A DNA stretch of 32,000 nt, taken from Trichodesmium erythraeum IMS101 (lineage in GTDB: Bacteria > Cyanobacteriota > Cyanobacteriia > Cyanobacteriales > Microcoleaceae). Shown here one piece after another: positions 8,134-13,323 of this stretch. The notes under the pieces are model-generated. The model was not told where the DNA came from. It made no database searches and worked only from the letters and a program-made list of their open reading frames with translations. Position 1 is the stretch's first letter. Each line of letters opens with the position of its first letter. Made by a program: the position numbers and the translations under genes. The DNA lies in the NCBI RefSeq assembly GCF_000014265.1, contig NC_008312.1, forward strand, positions 4,350,001 to 4,382,000, in the 5' to 3' direction.

Positions 8134-11091
8134 ATGGATAAAAAATATCAAATACTTGAAAAAATACAGGGATTATCTATTTATCAATTAAGTAATACTT
8201 ACTATGAAAAATCTGGTAAATTAATCACTGTTAAACCTCAAGAAAAGAAAAATATTTTTCTGAAAAATAGTATAGAAATCATCAAAAAAATTACTAGGTT
8301 GATGAAAATTAACTCTCCCCAAAATAAACTAAATTTATTAGAAAATAACTACTCGCCTCAACCAGAAAAAAAATTAACGGTGAGAGAAAAAGCTAACCTC
8401 CGCCTCGCCTATTATTGGTTAAAAATATATCAACCAGAACCAGGTGCATCTAACTTGGAAAAAGTCAAAGGATATCTGCAAGCCTTCCGTCATTTTGCCA
8501 AAATGGGAGAGTGGGAAAAAGCTAGTCAAATTCTTTCTCTTAAATTACCGCTAGTTGATGAAAATTTAGACACTCAACTAAATAGATGGGGTTACTATGA
8601 GGAATGTATGGAACTCTACAATAAATTATTAGGTAAATTAGACCAAAGCTGGGATGGTATTTGTTTAAATGGTTTGGGAAATGCTTACTTATCTCTCGGA
8701 AAATATCACAAAGCTATTGAGCATTATCAGCAGCACTTACAAATAGCTAAGGAAATAGGTGATCTTGGGGGACAGGGTATTGCTTTAGGGAATTTGGGAG
8801 ATGCTTACCATTCTCTAGAAGAATATAACAAAGCTATTGAGTATCATCAGCAGCATTTACAAATAGCGAAGGAAACAGGGGAACTCGGGGGAGAAGGTAT
8901 TGCTTTAGGGAATTTGGGAAGTGCTTACTATTCCCTGGGAAAATATCACAAAGCTATTGAGTGTCATCAGCAGCATTTACAAATAACAAAGGAAATAGGG
9001 AATATGAAACAGCAGGGCATTGCTTTAGGCAATTTAGGGAATGCTTACCATTCCCTAGGAGCATATCACAAAGCTATGGAATATCATCAACAGGACTTAG
9101 AAATAGTTAGGAAAATAGGCGATCTTGGGGGTGAGGGCATTGCTTTAGGGAATTTGGGAAGTGCTTACTATTCCTTGGGAGAATATCACAAAGCTATTGA
9201 GTCTCATCAGCAGCATTTACAAATAGCTAGAAAAATAGGCAATGTTAAACAGGAGGGTATTGCTTTGGGGAATTTGGGTAATGCTTACCATTCCCTAGGA
9301 GCATATCACAAAGCCATGGAATATCATCAACAGGACTTAGAAATAGTTAGGAAAATAGGGGATCCTGGGGGTGAGGGTAATGCTTTGGGAAATTTGGGTA
9401 ATGCTTACTATTTTTTGGGGGAATATCACAAAGCTATTGAACATCATCAGCAGCATTTACAGATAGCCAGAGAAATAGGTAGCCAGAAAGGAGAGGGTAA
9501 TGCTTTGGGAAATTTGGGTAATGCTTACTATTCTTTGGGGGAATATCACAAAGCTATTGAGCATCATCAGCAGCATTTACAAATAGCCAGAGAAATAGGC
9601 AACCAGAATAGAGAGGGTAATGCTTTGGGGAATTTGGGTAATGCTTACTATTCTTTGGGAGAATATCACAAAGCTATTGAGCATCATCAGCAGCATTTAC
9701 AAATAGCCAAAGAAATAGGCGATCGCTCTGGAGAAGGAAATGCTTTGGAGAATTTGGGTAATGCTTACTATTCCAGCAGAAAATACGACAAAGCTATTGA
9801 ACATCATCAGCAGTATTTACAAATAATTAGAGAAATAGGCGATCGCTCTGGAGAAGGAAATGCTTTGAGGAATTTGGGTAATGCTTACTATTCTAGCAGA
9901 AAATACGACAAAGCTATTGAAGATCATCAGCAATATTTACAAATAGCCCAAGAAATTGGCGATCGCTCTGGAGAAGGAAATGCTTTGGAGAATTTGGGAA
10001 ATGCTTACTATTCCAGCAGAAAATACGACAAAGCTATTGAACATCATCAGCAGTATTTACAAATAGCCCAAGAAATTGGCGATCGCTCTGGAGAAGGAAA
10101 TGCTTTGGGGAATTTGGGTAATGCTTACTGTTCCCTAGGAGAATATTACAAGGCTATTGAACATCATCAGCAGCATTTACAAATAGCCCAAGAAGTTGGC
10201 GATCGCTCTGGAGAAGGAAATGCTTTGGGGAATTTGGGTAATGTTTACTATTCTCTAGGAGAATATCACAAAGCTATTGAACATCATCAGCAGCATTTAC
10301 AAATAGCCCAAGAAATTGGCGATCGCTCTGGAGAAGGAAATGCTTTGGGAAATTTGGGAAATGCTTACTGTTCCCTAGGAGAATATCACAAAGCTATTGA
10401 GCATCATCAGCAGCATTTACAAATAGCCCAAGAAATAGGCGATCGCTATGAGGAGGGTAGTGCTTTGGGGAATTTGGGTAATACTTATGATTTTTTGGGA
10501 GAATACGACAAAGCTATGGAGTATCATCAGCAGCATTTACAAATAGCTAGGGAAATTGGCGATCGCTCTGGAGAGGGTAATGCTTTGGGGAATTTGGGAA
10601 ATGCTTACTATTCCCTGGAAGCATATCACGAAGCTATTGACCATCATCAGCGGCATTTACAAATAGCAAAGGAAACAGGCAACTTTAGAGGGGAGGGTGT
10701 TGCTTTGGGGAATTTAGGAAATGTTTACTTATCCCTAGGAGAATATTACAAGGCGATCGAGTCTTATCAGCAGAGCTTAGAAATAGCTAGAGAAATAGGT
10801 AACCGTTCTGGGGAAGGTGGTGCTTTGGGAAACTGGGGAAAAACTCTCCTCAAATTAGAAAAGTATGCCGACTCTTTGGAATATTCACAAGCAGCATTAG
10901 AGATATTTGAGCAGATAGGAAACCCTCATCACCAAGCAATAGTTCTGAAGAATATAGCAGAAACCTATCAAAATTTGGGGTTTTGGGATATGGCACGGCG
11001 GCATTGCGAGGAGGCGTTGGCTATTTTCACAGAATTAGGAGTGCCAGAGTTGAGAGAATGTCAGGAGTTGTTTGAGGTTCTTGAAAAATAA
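8134..11091 (+). CDS. TPR-repeat protein (20 x 40-residue TPR_12-like units), separate sensor-like partner of the NB-ARC gene (cassette 1)
   Basis: 985-aa ORF, same strand, 77 nt after the NB-ARC stop and in a different frame. A lead-in (...LAYYWLKIYQPE...VKGYLQAFRHFAKMGEWEKA...) is followed by units of the form GNALGNLGNAYYSLGEYHKAIEHHQQHLQIAxEIGDRSGE. Confidence 0.9.
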   Translation: MDKKYQILEKIQGLSIYQLSNTYYEKSGKLITVKPQEKKNIFLKNSIEIIKKITRLMKINSPQNKLNLLENNYSPQPEKKLTVREKANLRLAYYWLKIYQPEPGASNLEKVKGYLQAFRHFAKMGEWEKASQILSLKLPLVDENLDTQLNRWGYYEECMELYNKLLGKLDQSWDGICLNGLGNAYLSLGKYHKAIEHYQQHLQIAKEIGDLGGQGIALGNLGDAYHSLEEYNKAIEYHQQHLQIAKETGELGGEGIALGNLGSAYYSLGKYHKAIECHQQHLQITKEIGNMKQQGIALGNLGNAYHSLGAYHKAMEYHQQDLEIVRKIGDLGGEGIALGNLGSAYYSLGEYHKAIESHQQHLQIARKIGNVKQEGIALGNLGNAYHSLGAYHKAMEYHQQDLEIVRKIGDPGGEGNALGNLGNAYYFLGEYHKAIEHHQQHLQIAREIGSQKGEGNALGNLGNAYYSLGEYHKAIEHHQQHLQIAREIGNQNREGNALGNLGNAYYSLGEYHKAIEHHQQHLQIAKEIGDRSGEGNALENLGNAYYSSRKYDKAIEHHQQYLQIIREIGDRSGEGNALRNLGNAYYSSRKYDKAIEDHQQYLQIAQEIGDRSGEGNALENLGNAYYSSRKYDKAIEHHQQYLQIAQEIGDRSGEGNALGNLGNAYCSLGEYYKAIEHHQQHLQIAQEVGDRSGEGNALGNLGNVYYSLGEYHKAIEHHQQHLQIAQEIGDRSGEGNALGNLGNAYCSLGEYHKAIEHHQQHLQIAQEIGDRYEEGSALGNLGNTYDFLGEYDKAMEYHQQHLQIAREIGDRSGEGNALGNLGNAYYSLEAYHEAIDHHQRHLQIAKETGNFRGEGVALGNLGNVYLSLGEYYKAIESYQQSLEIAREIGNRSGEGGALGNWGKTLLKLEKYADSLEYSQAALEIFEQIGNPHHQAIVLKNIAETYQNLGFWDMARRHCEEALAIFTELGVPELRECQELFEVLEK
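8656..11088 (+). repeat. in-frame tandem array, 120-nt period, 20 units (TPR units of cassette 1)
   Basis: Unit boundaries fall at 8656 + n*120 (checked at 8656 and 9736). Units form local sub-blocks: units 3+4 resemble 5+6 (240-nt super-repeat), units 10-12 share SSRKYDKAIE, and units 13-15 share QIAQE(V/I)GDRSGE. Confidence 0.9.
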
Positions 11092-11094
11092 CTT

Positions 11095-11126
11095 CCCCTT
11101 AACCTCTCCTATATTGTAGGGGTTTT
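11095..11126 (+). terminator. weak candidate intrinsic terminator after the cassette-1 TPR gene
   Basis: CCCCT (11095..11099) pairs with AGGGG (11118..11122) and is followed by TTTT. The stem is only 5 bp and the loop is 18 nt, so this is weak. Confidence 0.25.
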
Positions 11127-11364
11127 CTGGTATTTTTCTATAGCTATTCCATAATGCTCGACGGAATTATATTGCTCCCAAGCCAGGGGATGTGGTCAGA
11201 GTGATAATTCTCATTTTTTCATTTTTGATTTCCATTGGTTGGCTTGGAGCAATTTTCCGGCAGGGTATACCCCAGTAGGGAACCTATTCTGCAACGTCCT
11301 ACTGGGTTTCACTAATGACGATGATGCCATTTGCTGAGATATAGCGCTTTTGCATAAATTCTGA

Positions 11365-11538
11365 TTATTTATGCTTTCGTTTTTGTATCATGACTGGACG
11401 TAACACCCACAGTAAAAAGGCAACTGCTAAAATAATGCCGGTGGGACTGTTTCCATTTTTTAATAATGGAGTTGGATCTATGGGTAAAATGTTTGTGTTA
11501 GGTTGACTGCTACAAAGTATATTTTGTTTAGAAAACAT
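11365..11538 (-). CDS. possible small membrane-anchored protein (57 aa)
   Basis: This is the internal start of the track ORF 11365..11667: MFSKQNILCSSQPNTNILPIDPTPLLKNGNSPTGIILAVAFLLWVLRPVMIQKRKHK. The ATG is preceded by AAGGA about 9 nt upstream. The C-terminus is a hydrophobic helix plus a KRKHK tail. I recognise no homology. Confidence 0.25.
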   Translation of the reverse strand: MFSKQNILCSSQPNTNILPIDPTPLLKNGNSPTGIILAVAFLLWVLRPVMIQKRKHK

Positions 11539-11772
11539 CTTTTTTTTCCTTAAAGTATATTGGGTTTTTTTCAGGACTGACGCCAACTCACATAAAGACG
11601 CCATATTTAAGGGCGAATAGCATTTCCCCTCAGGGTCAGGGCCTAGCCGTGGGTAAGTCCTGTTCATATTTCTATCTTATTATGAGGTTTGGCAAGTCAA
11701 GGTGCAGTAATAGCTCAGTGTTTCTCATTGGAAAAAAAGTGAGCTATAATTGATCCGAAAAAAGGTTATTTT

Positions 11773-11777
11773 GGAGG
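11773..11777 (+). promoter_or_regulatory. Shine-Dalgarno-like GGAGG, 6 nt upstream of the cassette-2 NB-ARC start
   Basis: ttGGAGGtatgatATG; the spacing fits a ribosome-binding site. Confidence 0.5.
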
Positions 11778-11783
11778 TATGAT

Positions 11784-13232
11784 ATGGCGGTTAGTCTCAG
11801 AGCTTCTAGAGAGGGGCTGCAAAAGGTTGATGCAGCTAGAAAAAAGAAAGGTTGGACAAAAGCAGAGGATGCTTGGTGGGGACTAGCCCCAACTTCAAAA
11901 GCAACTTTAAAACGTTTTTGGCGCAGCATTCCCATTGAACGAGAAGCTTTTATTGCTATTTGTGAGAATGTTGGGGTTAACTGGGAAGAAATAGTGGACG
12001 AGACTCCTCCCTCACCTGACAGTTCTACTGTTAAATTTTTTTCTTATGATAATATTTGGGTGGGTAGAGAGGACCTGATAGCTGAACTTTCTACAAAAGT
12101 TAAAGAGTCTTGCCGCTTACTTATTCTTGTTGGTCTTAGTGGTATTGGTAAAACTGCTTTGGCTGAAAAATTAGCAGTGGAGCTACAGAAAGAATTTTTG
12201 CAGGGAGACTGGAGCAAGTTTCACCAGGAAAATTTGGAAAATACTGAAGCTAGAGATTTTCGTAGTGTTGCTTTTCGGTGGTTGAAAAAATGGGGTGAGT
12301 CTCTGACTCCTGATGATTTTAAGGATGTGAATAGGTTACTCTATAGACTGGTTTATCGTTTGCGAGAACATCGGTATTTGATAATTATTGACTCTCTGGA
12401 AAATATTTTGGTGGGAAATGAGGATCAGGGATGGAATAATTTTGAGGATAAGTTGTGGGTGAAATTTTGGGAGTTGTTTTTGGCATCTCCAGAATGTCAA
12501 AGTCGGATCATTTTGACTTCCCAAGACTTGCCTGAGGAAATTCCTGGACGTTATCAGAATTTCTGGGAGCATAAAGTTTTGACTGGTTTGAGTAAGTCGG
12601 AGCAGTTGCAGTTATTTGGGAAAACTGGGTTGGAGGTTGAGGAAAATTCTGTGAATTTACCTTATCTACAAAGTATTGGTAATGCTTATGAGGGTCATCC
12701 TTTGGCGTTGCGGGTCATTGCGGGGGAAATTTGTGGCAAACCTTTTAATGGTAATGTGGTGGCTTATTGGAAAAAGTATGGTAAAGAAATTGAAGAGGTG
12801 GAAAAGGCTATTGAGGAAGGGAGGACTCAGGGGGTAACTGTTGGTGCTGATGATAAGTTTCAGCTAGACAGATATACCCGTATGTTGCGGAAAAATGTCA
12901 GTCAACGACTAGATAAAACTTTTCTCCGGTTGCAGAAAGATGCTGTTAATGCTTATCGGTTAATTTGTGTTGGTGCAATATATAGGTGTGAGGTGCCAGA
13001 GAGTTTTTGGTTGAAACTTTTGAAAACTTGGCAGTGCGATGAAGAAAAGCAAGAGGCGGCATTGCAGACTTTGCGCGATCGCTTTTTGGTTGAGGATGTG
13101 GGAGTTGATGAAAGTGGTGAGTTTCTATTTAGGCAACATAATTTAATTCGTAGTGTGTCACTAGAACATTTAAAAAAATTGGATAAAGCAAGAGGTGGCA
13201 TTGCAGAATTTATGCGATCGCTTTTTGGTTGA
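11784..13232 (+). CDS. STAND NTPase, NB-ARC/AP-ATPase type, with HTH-like N-terminal module (cassette 2 NOD)
   Basis: 482-aa ORF. The N-terminus LRASREGLQKVDAARKKKGWTKAED...SKATLKRFWRSIPIEREAFIAICENVGVNWEEIVD is XRE-HTH-like. Motifs: Walker A VGLSGIGKTALAEKL, Walker B YLIIIDSLE, SRIILTSQ, GHPLALRVIAGEI, and FRQHNLIRSV (MHD-like). The 3' end is altered by a 139-bp tandem duplication. Confidence 0.88.
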   Translation: MAVSLRASREGLQKVDAARKKKGWTKAEDAWWGLAPTSKATLKRFWRSIPIEREAFIAICENVGVNWEEIVDETPPSPDSSTVKFFSYDNIWVGREDLIAELSTKVKESCRLLILVGLSGIGKTALAEKLAVELQKEFLQGDWSKFHQENLENTEARDFRSVAFRWLKKWGESLTPDDFKDVNRLLYRLVYRLREHRYLIIIDSLENILVGNEDQGWNNFEDKLWVKFWELFLASPECQSRIILTSQDLPEEIPGRYQNFWEHKVLTGLSKSEQLQLFGKTGLEVEENSVNLPYLQSIGNAYEGHPLALRVIAGEICGKPFNGNVVAYWKKYGKEIEEVEKAIEEGRTQGVTVGADDKFQLDRYTRMLRKNVSQRLDKTFLRLQKDAVNAYRLICVGAIYRCEVPESFWLKLLKTWQCDEEKQEAALQTLRDRFLVEDVGVDESGEFLFRQHNLIRSVSLEHLKKLDKARGGIAEFMRSLFG

Positions 13233-13323
13233 GGATGTGGGAGTTGATGAAAGTGGTGAGATTCTACTTAGGCAACATAATTTAATTCGTAGTATGTCAC
13301 TGGAACATTTAAAAAAATTGGAT
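13046..13323 (+). repeat. 139-bp tandem duplication (13046..13184 and 13185..13323) across the 3' end of the NB-ARC gene
   Basis: The two copies align base for base with a handful of substitutions (for example the HIP1 sites at 13075 and 13214 are offset by 139). Because 139 is not a multiple of 3, copy 2 is read out of frame and the ORF stops at 13230..13232. Confidence 0.9.

Noticed and set aside
11365-11667. The full 100-aa version of the minus-strand ORF between the cassettes.
   Set aside because: The N-terminal 43 codons have no start context and look like read-through of intergenic DNA. Only the shorter 57-codon version is kept, at low confidence.
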